A stretch of DNA of 64,000 nt from the human T2T-CHM13v2.0 reference genome, Homo sapiens: NCBI RefSeq assembly GCF_009914755.1, contig NC_060947.1. The stretch is one strand, 5' to 3'. A program made the position numbers and the translations under genes. This document shows positions 1 to 13,410 of the stretch, piece by piece (within the stretch, counting starts at the first letter, position 1; each line of letters starts with the position of its first letter). Under the pieces are notes generated by a model. It worked only from the letters and a program-made list of their open reading frames with translations, made no database searches and was not told the origin of the DNA.

Positions 1-1224
1 GAAAAAAATCAAAAATTAGTATTTTTGGAGTTCTGATCTGTCTGTTGGCATTTTTGTTCCTCACTTCTAATAAATGAACCAGTTTCACTATAATTAAAGT
101 GTCATTTTAATAATTAATCTTTAGGTGACACAGCAAAATCAGTAATGAATTTGAGCTAGGAGAAACTCTACTTTCAAATATTAGAGGACTAATAATTAAT
201 TTTAAATATGTTCTAGAAATCTGAAAGATATATTTCATTTGAGAGGACAAATAATGAGACGTTTAAAGTGTAGACATCACAACATAGAGCGTAATGCATC
301 AGATAGAGGTGGCCATCGAGTCATAATATATCAGTTCTTTTCCTTGTCCAACCTTAAATTTTAAGACAGCCTTTACCCCAGGGGAATGAAAGAAACAGCT
401 CTGCCTCAATTTAGCCTAGATTTGGAAATGTATAAAAAAAGGTAGTCCAGTGTGTTTTGAATGTGACATAATGATAAATATTGTAGTTTATGGTTCCAAG
501 AATGGAAAGCTGTGATCTAAATTAGAATCAATAACCTGCTATATTCATTAGATATCACCACTTATACATGAATATTGAAAAATGGCCATATCAAGCAATG
601 GAGAAAGCACATTATATAAACTGTATGCTTATTGCTTCCTTAAAAATCACATCAACCATTGGTGTTATATTAGTTGGCATGGTATTCATTCATTTTATAT
701 AGCGCTCCTCTACTATTATCTTATTTTCTTTTATTATTAAGATTCCATCTGTTTAACTAAAACACCTATAATTTATAATATTTATTTGAAAAATGCAAGA
801 TAGATTTGGAGACAGATGGAGACTGTACAAAGAAAACTATAAGGAGAATACATAGTGGATGTGGATGAACTGACAAATAAGGACCATTCAAATTATTCAA
901 ATCAAGGCAAAGAATCAAAGGGATGAAAGTTTGAATTCTTCCTTTACTAAAATACCTGTATATAATTTAAACATGTTGGATTAAAAATGTAATCTTCTTC
1001 TTATTTTAAAAGTAGAGATTACAAAATAATAACAGACTGAGATAATTTATTTTATTAAGGCATTACCAATACACTAAAGTATTTAGATTTGTTATAAACC
1101 AAAATAAAGTTATCTCAGAGGCTAAAATATAAAGTTGTGAAAAGTTAAAACATTTAAATATTTCAGGGGCAATCTAAAAACAATTATGAATGGAAAGAGA
1201 GAAAACTTTAACAATTATTGTGTA

Positions 1225-1395
1225 TTGAGCTCTGTTGTTTATTGGCACTCTATTTATTTGCACAACCTTTAATCCTACAGGTTTTATTATTCCATAATTT
1301 TTTTTAATATGAAGAAAGTGAGGCTAGAAATGCTAAACAAATTCCTCAAGAGATCCTCTGATAGAAGCATTGAGTTGCAGCCTATATTGTGAGCC
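1225..1395 (-). mobile_element. MIR SINE fragment (ancient)
   Basis: Degenerate antisense MIR core 'ttttaatatgaagaaagtgaggctaga' (cf. attttacagatgaggaaactgaggc). Confidence 0.55.
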
Positions 1396-1520
1396 AGGTT
1401 GAAAACTGCAAAGTCCCCAGAGTGTGAGAGGAGGATAAACTGTCTCCAGGATATATACTCCCACTGGGGAACCTGGAAATCCAGGCCACAGGGGAAGGCC
1501 TTAACCCTACCCAGTGCTGT

Positions 1521-2335
1521 AGCTGATTTAGTGAGTGGTGGGGAGTATATGAGAAGCAGTGTCAGGACGGACTTTACATGCATTCCCAGTCTCCATCAGG
1601 GATGGATGAAAGCCATTCCTGATCCTACCTTACAAGGACCTCATGGAAATCAGCGAGCTAACTTAGGTGGTGTTCATAGACAGAGAGAAGCTCCTAACTG
1701 AGATTTGTGATACGATCTCAAGTGGGGACAAACCTCCTTGGCCAGAACCAAGGGGAGAGTGGGAAGTATGCTGCAGCCGTGGGCACAGGAGCTGGATGTT
1801 CCTGCCTTGCAGACAGACCAGAAGGGTCATGACCTGAAAGCTGTGATGACTGTTTCCTCAGGGAAAGCTTATGGCCTGGTGCAGTTTTGAGTTCTGAGTG
1901 CAGACTGTCTGGAACCTAGCGAGCTGCTGCTAGTGGAATACTATGGGGGCAAAACCTGCCTTGCCAAGTGCATGGGAGCTATGTGGGTTTTACCGCCACC
2001 TGATGCTCCCCAATACCTGTACAGGCTCTTCTGTGCAGCAGAGGCAGCTTCAATCCTCCCTGGAACATTAGCCCTGTGGCAAGAGAATCACTCTCTCATC
2101 CACACCAGGGCTGCTGATTTTGCCCACTTGTGGAGAAAAGGATGGACTTGCCTGACACATCCCCCACCTGGATTTGCCCCTCCACACACAGCGAGTTAGC
2201 TCGCTGATTTCTATGAGGTCCCTGTAAGGTAGAATCAGAATGGCTTTCCTCCATCCCTGACAGAATCTGGGAATGCATGTGAAGTCCGTCCTGACACTGC
2301 TTCTCATGTACTCCCCACTACTCACGAAATCAGCT
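1521..2335. repeat. Inverted repeat: arms 1521-1663 and 2194-2335, ~91% identical, 530-bp spacer
   Basis: Manual alignment gives about 130/143 identities; same peptide GEYMRSSVRTDFTCIP appears in ORF 1399..1701(+) and 2068..2325(-). Confidence 0.95.
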
Positions 2336-5040
2336 TAACACAAGGAAGCTTAACACAAAGGACCGAAAATTTCAGAGCTCTATGACCCTCCTCATTGCCT
2401 GAATCACCAGAGTACCTCCCCTGGGTAACATAAGGGCAAGCACAAATCGTGCTGCTACCACTGCAGCTGGTGCTCTTTTGCAAGCACCACCTTCTGGCTG
2501 GAGCCCAACTGACATGGTCCATTATAGCATCTGCAAGCACGATAATAGCATGCAGGAAGGAGACAACTTGTGCATGACCTCAGCTATCACCGTTGCCTGC
2601 ATCACTCTGGCTGACTATGAGGTCCTGAGTCTGTCCATGTGACCAGTTCATTACTACTACAACTAGCATTTGAGAAAGCCAACACATTAACGCTATTTAT
2701 AACCAAATAATCCCACAGAATCCACATTGCTCCCCTGCCACCCCCATCAGAGCTGGTGTTGGTACCTGCTCTGAGGACAGATCACATCATTAGATTTCTT
2801 GCAAACATTCTCAAGCACCAGCCTGGAGTGAGGCAGCCCCACTGGGTAGCTAGACCCAGAGGAGCTGAAGCACCCATGGTGGTCTGTTGCTTAGGGACTT
2901 CTACTCCTAGGGGAAGGGAGAGTGCACCACATCAAGGGATCACCCCATGGGCCAAAAAATTTAGATGGCAGGCCTTGAGTCCCCCAAATTTCTTCTTCTG
3001 AGAAATTTTTTTCAGCAGAGGCACAGGTGCAAAGCTGTGCTCAGTAAGGTAAGTATGAAGCATCACCTCAGCAGTCAGGCAGTCTTGGAGCTTGTGAAGG
3101 CTCTTGGAGAGAGATTTCCTCTGCCCCTCATCCACCACTACAGACCCAGCTGGGGCTTCTCCCATGAGAGCTGAGCACAGGTGCACCTGGAGGTAGCCCT
3201 TCTGGAACACTTCAGGTTACTGCATTCCCACAGGACGAGTGCCCTCTAAGTTCAGGCTTGAAGGAGGAGTAGTCACAATCACTCTCTGCATAAAACATTA
3301 GCATTCCTGCAAATGAAAAGAGGTAGGTTGCTAATCTGAACAGCAATTACACTGGGTTAGGAGTGTGACTGGGAGGTGAATTGCTTTTCTGCTGTCCCAG
3401 CATGGGAGCTGAGGAGGCTCTCTAATTTTCCCCTGAAAAGATCTCAGTGTGTTTCACTGAAAGCTTCCCCAGCCACCTCTGTCATGGTGGGGACCTCTGC
3501 CCACCACTGGGTCCTAAATTTACCCACCTGCTTTAGCCACATCTCGTTTTTACTTATGGACACCTTCCTTACAGGTCTAAAGCCTGAATTGTTCAGCCCA
3601 GTAAATAAAATACTGGGAATAAATAAACAAATAAGTAAATAAATAAATAAATAAATTCATCTACTGAAGAATGAGATAAGCTTCAAGAGACCTCTGGCAT
3701 TCCAACCACACATAAGACAGTGAACTTGCTCACACATCAAGCACGTTACTACTATAACCAACATCTGAGAAAGTCATCATACAAAGACTCTCTACAGCCA
3801 AGGAACTCATACAGAGTCCCACCCTTACAAGCACCAAGAGCAAAATTAGGCTACAATAAATGATACAAATTAAAGTCACATCCTTTGTTGGCAGGGGAGG
3901 GGGGGCAAATATACATTTAACAAAATTCAAAATAAAAAAATACATTTAAGAATAATTGGAAGAAAGAGTACCTAAATGAGAAGGAGCAAGAAAAATAATT
4001 CTGGCAATATGACAAAACAGGATTATATAACACCCCCAAAATATCACAGTAATATGCCTGCAATGGATCTAAAACAAGATGAAACATTTGAAATACCAGA
4101 TTAAGGTTTCAAAAGGTTGATTATTAAGTTACTCAAGGAAATACAACGGAAAGGTGAAAACCAACATAAAGAAAAAAATTCAGGTTATAAATTTTAAAAA
4201 ATTCTGAAGAAATAGAAATTTTAAAGAAAAACCAATTAGAACTTCTGGAAATAAAAGACACATTTAGGGAATTACAAAATGCAGTGGAAAGTCTAACAAT
4301 ACACAAGACCAAGTAGAAGAAAGATTTTGGGAGCTCAAAGACAGGCTTTTAAGTTAACCAAATCTGATAAAAATAAAGAAAAAAGAATTATAAGAAATAA
4401 ATAAACAAAGTCTCCAAAGAATATGAGATTATGTCAAATGGCCAATCCTAAGAATCATTAGTATTCCTGAGAAAGAAGAAGAAGCAAAAAGTTTAGAAAA
4501 CTAATAATTGAGGAACACTTGCCTGGCCTTGCTAAAGGTTTAGATGTCCAGATACAAGAAGCACAAAGAACCCTGAGGGATTCATTGCAAAAAGGAAACC
4601 CCCAAGGCACATGTATCAGGGTATCTAAAGTCAATGTGAAGGAAAAAATTCCAAGAGCAGTGAGATAAAAGTGTCAGGTAACCTATAATTGAAAAGCTGT
4701 CAGACTAATAGCAGAGTTCTCAGTAGAAACAATACAAGCCAGATAAAAATGGAGTCCTAGTCTTAGCCTCTTGCAACAGAATAAATTATGGCCAAGAATT
4801 TTGTATTCAGCAAAATTGCTTTATAAATGGAGAAAAATAGTTTTTTTAGACAAACAAATGAAATGCTAAGGGAATTTCTCAATACCAGATCATCCCTACA
4901 AGAAATGCTAAAAAGGAGTTCTAAAGCTTGAAACAAAAGGTTCATATGCACCAGAATAGAACTACTTTAAAGCATAAAACTCATAGATTTATAAAATAAT
5001 AACACAATGAAGAAAACAAAATATCTAGGTAACAATCAAC

Positions 5041-8000
5041 ATGATGACTGCAACAGTACCTCACATCTCAATACTAACATTGAATGTAAATAGACTTAAT
5101 GCTCCACTGAAAAGATACAGATTGGTGGAATGGATAAAATATCACAAACCAAATATCTACTGTTTTCAAGAGACTCAACTAATATGTAAGAATACTTATA
5201 ATCTCAAGATCAAAGGGCATATAAAGATATTTCGTGCAAATGGAAACCAAAGCAAGCAGGAGTAGTTATTCTTATATCAGATAAAACAAACTTTAAAACA
5301 ACAATAAAAAAAGACAAAGAAGGTCATTATATAATGATCGAAGGTGAATCCAACCAAGAAGACATTAAAATCCTAAATATATATGCAGCTAATTCTAGAG
5401 CTCCCAGATTTATAAAACAATACTAACTAGGTTTAAGAAAAGAGATAGACAGCAACACAATAATAGTGGAAAATTTCAACACTCCACTGATTGTATTAGA
5501 CACATCATGGAGACAGAAAGTCAACAAAGAAACAGTAGATTTAAACTTCTCTCTAAAACAAAAGGACCTAACAGATATTTACAGAACATTCTACCCCAAA
5601 ACTACAGAATATATATTCTTCTCATTAGCACATGGAACATTCTTTTAGATAGACTAAGTCATAGGCCACAAAATAAATCTGAATAAATTTAAATAAATCA
5701 AAATTATTAGGTATCTTCTAGGATCACAGTAGAATAAAACTATAAACCAACTCCAAAAGGAACTACAATAATACATGGAAATTAAACAATTTACTCGTGA
5801 ATGCTTTTTGCATTAACAATGAAATCAAGATAGAAATTTAAAAAATTTTAAAGTATATGATTATAGTAACACAAGTTAGCAAAACCTATGGGATACAGCA
5901 AAAGCAGAGCTAGCAGGAACATTTATGGCACTAAATGCCTACATCAAGAAGTCTGAAAGATCACAAATTGACAACCTTACATAACACCTTAAGGAACTAG
6001 AGAAACAAGAACAAAAAAGCCCCAAAGCTAGAAGAAAAAAATAAATAACAAAGAACAGAGCAGAACTCAATGAAATTAAAACAACAAAAAACCAATACAA
6101 AAGAACAATGAAACAAAATCTTGGTTCTTTGAAAAGATCAATAAATTCGATAGATTTTTAGTTAGATTAACCAAGTAAAGAAGAGAGAAGATTCCAAGTA
6201 GCTCAATTAAAAATGAAAATGGAGACATTACAATCAACACTACAGATATACAAGAGATCATTTGAGACTACTATGAACACCACTATGCCAACAAATTAGA
6301 AGATCTAGAGGAACTGGATGAATTTCTAGAAACATACAAACCTCTTAGATTGAATCAGGAAGAAAAATAAATCCTGAACAGATCAAAAACAGGAAGTGAG
6401 ATTGAATCAGTAACAAAAAAATTGCCAACAAACAAATGTCCCGGACCAGATGAATTCACAGCCAAATTCTACCATACATTCAAAGAATAATTGGTACCAC
6501 TTCTAGTGAAATTATTAAAAAATATAGAGAAAGAGGAAATCTTCTGTAACTCATTCTATGAAGCCATTATTACTCTGATACCGAAACCAGGAAAGTACAT
6601 AACAACAATAACAACAACCCTACAGACAGATATCCCTGATTAATATAGATCCAAAAATCCTTAACAAAACCCTAGCCAATCAAATCAATGAGCACATCTA
6701 AAAGATAATTTACTGTGATCAAGTTGATTTCCTCCTAGGGATGCAGGGATGGCTCAACATACAGAAGTGAGTAAATGTGACTCATCACATAAAAGGAATT
6801 AAAAATAAAAACCATATAATCATCTCAATAGAAGCAGAAAAAGCATTTGATAAAGTGCAGCATCATTTTATGATAAAATTTTCAACAAACTAGGCATGAA
6901 AGAAACATATCTAAAATATTAATAATAAAAGCTATCTATGACAAACCCACAGCCAACATCACACTGAATGGGGAAAAGTTGAAAGTATTCCCCCTAAGAA
7001 CTGGAACAACACAAGGATGCCCACTTTCATCACTTCTATTCAACCCAGCACTGGAAGTCCTAGCCAGTGCAATCAGGCAAGAGAAAGAAATAAAGGACAC
7101 TCACATTGTAAATGAGGAAGTTAAACTCTCTGTTTGCTAATGATATGATCCTATGACTAGAAAACTCTTAAGTCTCTACCAAAAGACTCCTAGATTTAAT
7201 AAATGCATTCAGTAAGGTCTCAGGTTATAAATCAATATACACAAATCAGTAGTATTGTTATACACCAACAATGACCAAACTGAGAATCAAATAAAGATCT
7301 CAATTCCTTTTACAATAGTTATAAAATAATAAAATATCTAGGAGTATACTTAACAAAGGAGGTGAAAGATCTCTACAAGGAGAACTGCAAAACATTGATG
7401 AAAGAAATCATAGATAACACAAATGAATGGAAATACATTCTATGCTCATGAATTGGAAGAATCAATATTATGAAAATGACCATACTGCCCAAAACAATCT
7501 ACAGATTTTATGCGATTCCATTCAAAGTACCAACATCATTTTTTTTCACAGAATTAGAAAAAAGCAATTCTAAAATTCATATGGAACAAAAAAGAGCTTG
7601 AATAGCCAGTGCTATCCTAAGCAAAAATACAAAATTTGGAGGCATCATATTATCTGATTTCGAATTACACTATGAAGCTTCAGTAACTAAAAGAGCATGG
7701 TAGTGTGAAAAAAATAGACATATAAATCAATGGAACAAATTAGAGAAACCAGAAATAAATCTACATGCCTACACCCAAATGAACTGCAACAAAGTTGACA
7801 AAAATAAACAATGGGAACAGGATACCCTATTCAATAAATCATGCTAGAAAAACTGGAGAGCCAGTAGGAGAATAAAACTGAATTCTTATGTTTTACCATC
7901 TAGTAAAATCAACTCAAGATGGATCAAACATTTAAGTCCAATGCCTGAAATCATAAACATTCTAGAGGAAAACCTAGGAAAAACATTTCTGAACATTAGC

Positions 8001-8853
8001 CTAAGCAAAAAATATATAACTAAGAGCCCAAAATCAAATGCAACAAAAATGAAAATAAATAGGACTTAATTAAACTAAAAGTCTTCTTCACAGCAAATAA
8101 ATAATTGTCAGAATAAACAGACAACCCACAGAATGAGAGAAAATATTTGCAAACTATGCATCTGACAAGGGAGCAATATCCAGAATCTATAAGGAACCCA
8201 AACTAATCAGCAAGAAAAACCCAAATAATTCCATTAAAATGTGGGCAAATGACATAAATAGACACTTCTCAAAAGAAGATATACAAATGACCAACAAACA
8301 TATGAAAAATGATTAACATCACTCATCATCAGGGAAATGCAAATTAAAACCACAATGAGGTACCACCTTACCCTAACCGGAATGGACATTATTAAAGAGT
8401 CGGAAAACAATAGATGTCGGTGTGGATGTGGTAAAAAGGGAATGCTTATCCACTGCTGATGGGAATATAAATTAGTACAACCTCGATGGAGAACAGTAGG
8501 GAGATTTCTCAAAAAAACTAAAAGTAGATCTACCATTCAATCTGGTAGTCCTAGTACTGGGTATCTAGTGAAGGGAAAAGAAGTCATTATATCAAAAAGA
8601 CACCTACACAGGTAAATTTATCACACCATAATTCACAATTACAAAGATATGGAACTAACCTAAGCGCCCATCAACTTATGAGTGGATATAGAAAATGTGG
8701 TGTACATACACCATGGAATACTACTGAGCCATGAAAAAAAAGAAATATTGCCTTTTGCAGCCACTTGAATGCTGCTGGAGGCCATTATTCTAAGTGAAGT
8801 AAGTCAGAAATACAAACCCAAATATTATATGCTCTCACTTATAAGTGGAAGCT
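5041..8853 (+). pseudogene. L1 ORF2 remnant (endonuclease/RT), many stops and frameshifts
   Basis: APE-endonuclease motifs ILTLNVN, CFQET, NFNTPL, DLTDIYRTFYP in ORFs 5041..5265 and 5466..5648; RT region 'ctgtttgctaatgatatg' (FADD-like, degenerate) near 7130. Confidence 0.88.
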
Positions 8854-9326
8854 AAGCTATGGATAAACAAATGCATACAGAGTGATATAATAAACATTGT
8901 AGACTTAGAAGCAGGAAGGGCTGGAGGGAGTTAAGGGATAAAAAAAATTTGGGAACAATGTACACTACTCGGGTGATGGGTGCACTAAAGTCTTATCTTA
9001 TGAATACCACTATACAATTTATCCATGTAAGCAAAAACCATCTGTACCCCAAAAGTTTTTGAAATAAAAATTTTAAAAATTGGAGTTGAGATGCTATGGC
9101 AGACATATTATTATTAGCAAGAAAAGTCTGTTGATAGGACGGAAGATAATAGGAAAATGATACACATAAGGTTTCTAAAACCTCAGTAGTTTGAGGTTAT
9201 TTAATATAAGGGCAAACACCTTTACATATCTCAATCGCTTCTAAATGCCACTTTATTAAAGAAGAACATGAAACTGATACTTATATTGATGTCTCTGAGT
9301 CATTAAGAAAGAGTAAAGACAATAAA

Positions 9327-9570
9327 AACTAATGTTTGTGAGACACTTAGTATATGCCAACTACTTTTCTAAGCCCTTTTCATTTATTGACTAAGTTTGA
9401 ATCCATAATATCTTTTATTATATGTGTACTTCTATTATTGACATTTTACAAATGAGAAAAATGAACCTTAGAAGTGTTAAGTAACGTGTTGGAGGCCATG
9501 AGAACTGTAAGTGGAAAAATGAGGACTCAGGCCCAGTTTACTGCTCCCGTAACATATGCTCTTTAACCAA
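9327..9570 (-). mobile_element. MIR SINE
   Basis: 'cattttacaaatgagaaaaatgaaccttagaagtgttaagtaac...gctctttaacca' is antisense MIR. Confidence 0.75.
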
Positions 9571-10409
9571 GATGACCGATGTAACGTAGTCTATTGTGTT
9601 TTATATTTTCTTTGTTAAAAATGAGGGATACAATACATTTTAGGAAGATTTTCATTTAAAATATAGCTTAAAATAACTTTTCTTCTTGTAGTTTAAAGGG
9701 GAAACAAATTCAGTTATTTGGAAAAGTCGTCTTATTTATTTTTTGATTGTGTATTAAATTTCAACAGCATTTTAGGCATTGGGATAAATATGAAGAATAA
9801 GATAGTGGCAAATCTTTTCAAATACTCATCATTAGTAGTGGCAACAGGCATATAGAAAAACACTTTGTATCATTCAACAAGTGCATTAAAAGTAGTAGAC
9901 TTCAGTAAGGGCCCTCAGTCTCTGAATTCAAATCACATAATTGTGTGTGTGTGTGGGGGGGGTGCCTCTTACTCTCTTTGATCTTAAACCCTCACCACCA
10001 TTACTAAATTGTGACTTTGGACCCAGGTCAAGAAGAAGAATGAAAAAAATGCAGGGGTTGAGGGAGGTTGGAGAAAGGGAGAAGACCAGTGGAAAAAGAG
10101 GAGACAAAGGAGGGAAAGGTGGCTATATAAGTTTGTGCTCAGGTAGAAGTTGAAAGTTGAGATTAAGTTAAAAGGAAAAATGAATGTCTGTTTGGTTCCT
10201 TGCTTCTGTTTATTTCTGTTTTTTTTATTTTAATTTTTTTAGAAGTAGTCAGTGGTTTTAGAAAAGCTGACTATTCATCGACCAAGAAAGAAGATCTAGT
10301 TTAAATAGTTTGTCACAATACTTATTCACTGTTGCCTGCTCTGTCAAATTGTTGGGCATTTTCTGAAGCAATGTGGCCACATAAAGTGTAAGAAATAACA
10401 TTAACCCAG

Positions 10410-10710
10410 TGATATAGTTTGGCTGTGTCTTCACCCGAATCTCATCTTGAATTGTAGTTTCTATAATCCCCACGTGTTATGGGAGGGACCAGGTGGAGAT
10501 AATTGAATCGTGGTGGTTTCCCCCAGCCTGTTCTCACAATAGTGAGTTAGTCTCAGGAGATCTGATGGTTTTACAAAGGGCAGTTCCCCTGCACACACTC
10601 TCTTGCCTGCCACCATGTAAGATATGCCTTTGCTCCTCCTTCACCTTTCACTATGATTGTGAGGCCTACCCAGTCATGTGTAACTGTGAGTCCATTAAAC
10701 CTCTTTCTCT
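10410..10710 (+). mobile_element. THE1 (THE1C-like) MaLR LTR, 3'-truncated
   Basis: Begins tgatatagtttggctgtgtc...atctcatcttgaattgtag; ends abruptly at 'ccattaaacctctttctct', missing the last ~50 bp. Confidence 0.92.
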
Positions 10711-10940
10711 GGTATTCCACACATACTCTTTCTTTCCTCCAATGTGGAGTAGCAGACTGGTTTAATGTTGACAGTCTGGGTCAATTGCCCCAGCCAACAC
10801 CATAACTCCCTGCTTAGACTGTCGTCTTAGAGGTAGGAGGAGCCTAAAGTGGCCAGGTGGCAATCTGAACTATCAGATCTGTGGAATCATTGTTGTGTCT
10901 CCTGGTGGCAGCATACCTCCCTTTGGAATTAAGACCTTAA
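10711..10940 (-). pseudogene. HERV-L dUTPase remnant, truncated after ...KEYVWNT
   Basis: Manual minus-strand translation FRLPPGHFRLLLPLRRQSKQGVMVLAGAIDPDCQH*TSLLLHIGGKKEYVWNT; dUTPase downstream of integrase is the ERV-L arrangement. Confidence 0.8.
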
Positions 10941-12960
10941 GGCCAGCAGAACATAATGTCATGGGAACAAAGAAAAAATTTTGCTAATGGGTCACTAGGG
11001 GGAATGGTGATTGGTGCCACTTCCACATCCAGCCCTTGATTCCTGGACCCATGAATCCTGGCTATGGGAGAAACAGTATCATATATTAGATGCTGATTTA
11101 GAGCATACAAAGCCTTCTGGAGAACTTAGCATCCATCCCTGCAACATATTGTCACCTAGGAGGCATTGTAATTGTGACTTCAAAAGGTCATTCCACAGTT
11201 CCATCATTTCAGCTGCTTCAGGATGATGGGGAACATGGTAACCTCAGTGAATTCAATGAGCACGAGCCCACTACTTCACTTCTTTAGCTGTAAAGTGAGT
11301 GCCTTGGTCACAGGCAATGCTGTGTGGAATACAATGATGATGGATAAGGCATTCTGTGAGTCCACAGCTGGTGATCTTGGCAGGAGCATTGTGTGCAGGA
11401 TAGGCAAACCCATATCCAGAGTAAGTGTCTATTCCAGTGAGGACAAACCACTGCCCTTTCCATGATGGACAATGTCAATATAATCAACCTGCACCAAGTA
11501 GCTGGCTGATCACCCCAAGGAATAGTGCCATATCGAGGGCTCAGTGTCAGTCTCTGCTGGGGGCAAATTGGGCACTCAGCAGTGGCCATAGCCCCGTCAA
11601 CCTTGGTGAGTGGAAGTCCATGTTGCTGAGCCCATGCATGACCTGCATCCCTGCCACCATGGCCACTTTGTTCATAAACCCATTAGGTGATGGCAGGTGT
11701 CCCTGGGGAAAAAGGATGAGTGGTGGCCACAGAACGAGGCATCCTATACACTTGATTACTAAAATACTCCTCTGCCAAGGTCACCCTTTGCTGAGCATTG
11801 ACGTGGAACACAAATATCATCAGAGGTTTTGACCACTCAAAGAGGTCCATCCACATACCTCTTCCTCGAGTTTATTTGTCACCAATTTTCCAATCATGCT
11901 TCTTTCAAATCCCTGACAATCCAGCCAAATCATTGGCTATAGCCCAGGAATAAGTGTCTAATTGCACATCTGGCCATGTTTTCCTTCCAAGTAAAGTGCA
12001 AAGCCAGGTGAACCATCCAAATTCTGCCCACTGGGAAGATTTCCCTTCACCACTGTCCTTCAGGAATGTCCTAGAAAGGGGCTGTAGTGCTGCAGCTGTC
12101 CACTTTCGGGTGGTGCCTGCATATCAATGCAGAACCTTCTGTAAAGCAGACCTTAGTATTCTTCCTCTGTCAATTGATCATGGGGAACTCCCCATGAGGC
12201 CATTGGTGTAGACAGAAAGAGAGAAGGCATAGTAGCAGGAGTGGGGACCACGGGCATTTGAGCCACTTTGTCATGTAGCTTACTTGTGCCTTCAGGGCCT
12301 CCTCAAGCCCAATCACATACATATCACTTCTATTTGATAATGGAATGCTGCTGTGCATGCCCAACCTTATGGCTAGATGGAACAGAGAGCACCCAGTTCA
12401 TGATAGGCAGTTCAGGTGACATGGTAACTTGGTGACCCACAGTCAAATGTTCAGTTTCTATCAAGGCCCAGTAACAGGCCAAGAGCTGCCTCTCAGAAGG
12501 AGAGTAGTTACCTGCAGAAGATGGCAGGGCTTTGCTCCAAAATTCTAGAGGCCCCTGCTGTTATTCACCTATGGGGGCTTGCCAAAGGCTCCAAATGGCT
12601 TCACTATCTGCCACTGACACCTCAAGCACCACTGGAAATGCTGGGTCATATGACCCAAGTGGCAGAGCAGATTGCACAGCAGCCTGGACCTGTTGCAGAG
12701 TCCTCTCCTGTTCTGGATCCCACTCAAAACTGTCAGCCTTTTGGGTCACTAGATAAATGACCTGTTGTAGCACACCCAAATGAGGAATGTGTTGCCTCCA
12801 AAATCAAAATAGGCCCACTAGGTGATTTTCCTTTTTCTTGTTTTTAGAAGGGGTCAAATGCAACAACTTATTCACCTTAGAAGGTATATCTCGAAAGGCC
12901 CTACACCCCTAGAAATTTCACTGAGGTAGAAGGTCCCTGAATTTTAGTCAGATTTATTTT

Positions 12961-13410
12961 CTATCCCATGGCATGCAAATGTCTCACCAACAAGTCCAGT
13001 GTGTTTGCTACTTCTTGCTCACTGAGTCCAATCAACATAATGTCATAAATGTAATGGACCAGTGTCATATCTTGTGGAAGAGAAAAAGCAACCAAGACCT
13101 CTGTGAACAAGACATAAAGCCAGAGAGTTGATACACCTCTGAGGTGGGACAATGAAGGTATATTGATGGCCTTGCCAGCTGAAGGCAAGTTGCTTGGATG
13201 GGCCCTATAAACAAGAATGTAGAAAAAGGCATTTGCCAAATCAATGGCTGCATACCAGGTACCAGGAGACGTGTTAATTTGCTCAAGCAATGAAACCACA
13301 TCTGGTACAGCAGCTGCAATTGGAGTCACAACTTGATTAAGCTTACCATAATCCACTGTCATTCTCCAAGACTCATCTGTCTTCTGCACAGGCCAAATAG
13401 GAGAGTGCAC
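12961..13410 (-). pseudogene. HERV-L pol reverse-transcriptase fragment, inactive
   Basis: ORF-track peptide with RT motifs; catalytic YIDD reads YIYD; reading frame disrupted internally. Confidence 0.88.

Larger units (their letters stand above)
1400..9080 (+). mobile_element. Near-full-length LINE-1, L1PB3/L1PB4-like, decayed
   Basis: GC-richer 5'UTR (~1.4-3.9 kb), A-rich ORF1 remnant (~4.0-4.95 kb), ORF2 start MMTATVPHISILTLNVN at 5041, 3' end 'accactatacaatttatccatgtaagcaaaaaccatctgtaccccaaaag...gaaataaaaa'. Confidence 0.92.

Noticed and set aside
1-1220. Unassigned AT-rich stretch (also ~47000-48950) as possible exon or conserved element
   Set aside because: No convincing ORF, splice pattern or structure; conservation cannot be judged without alignments.
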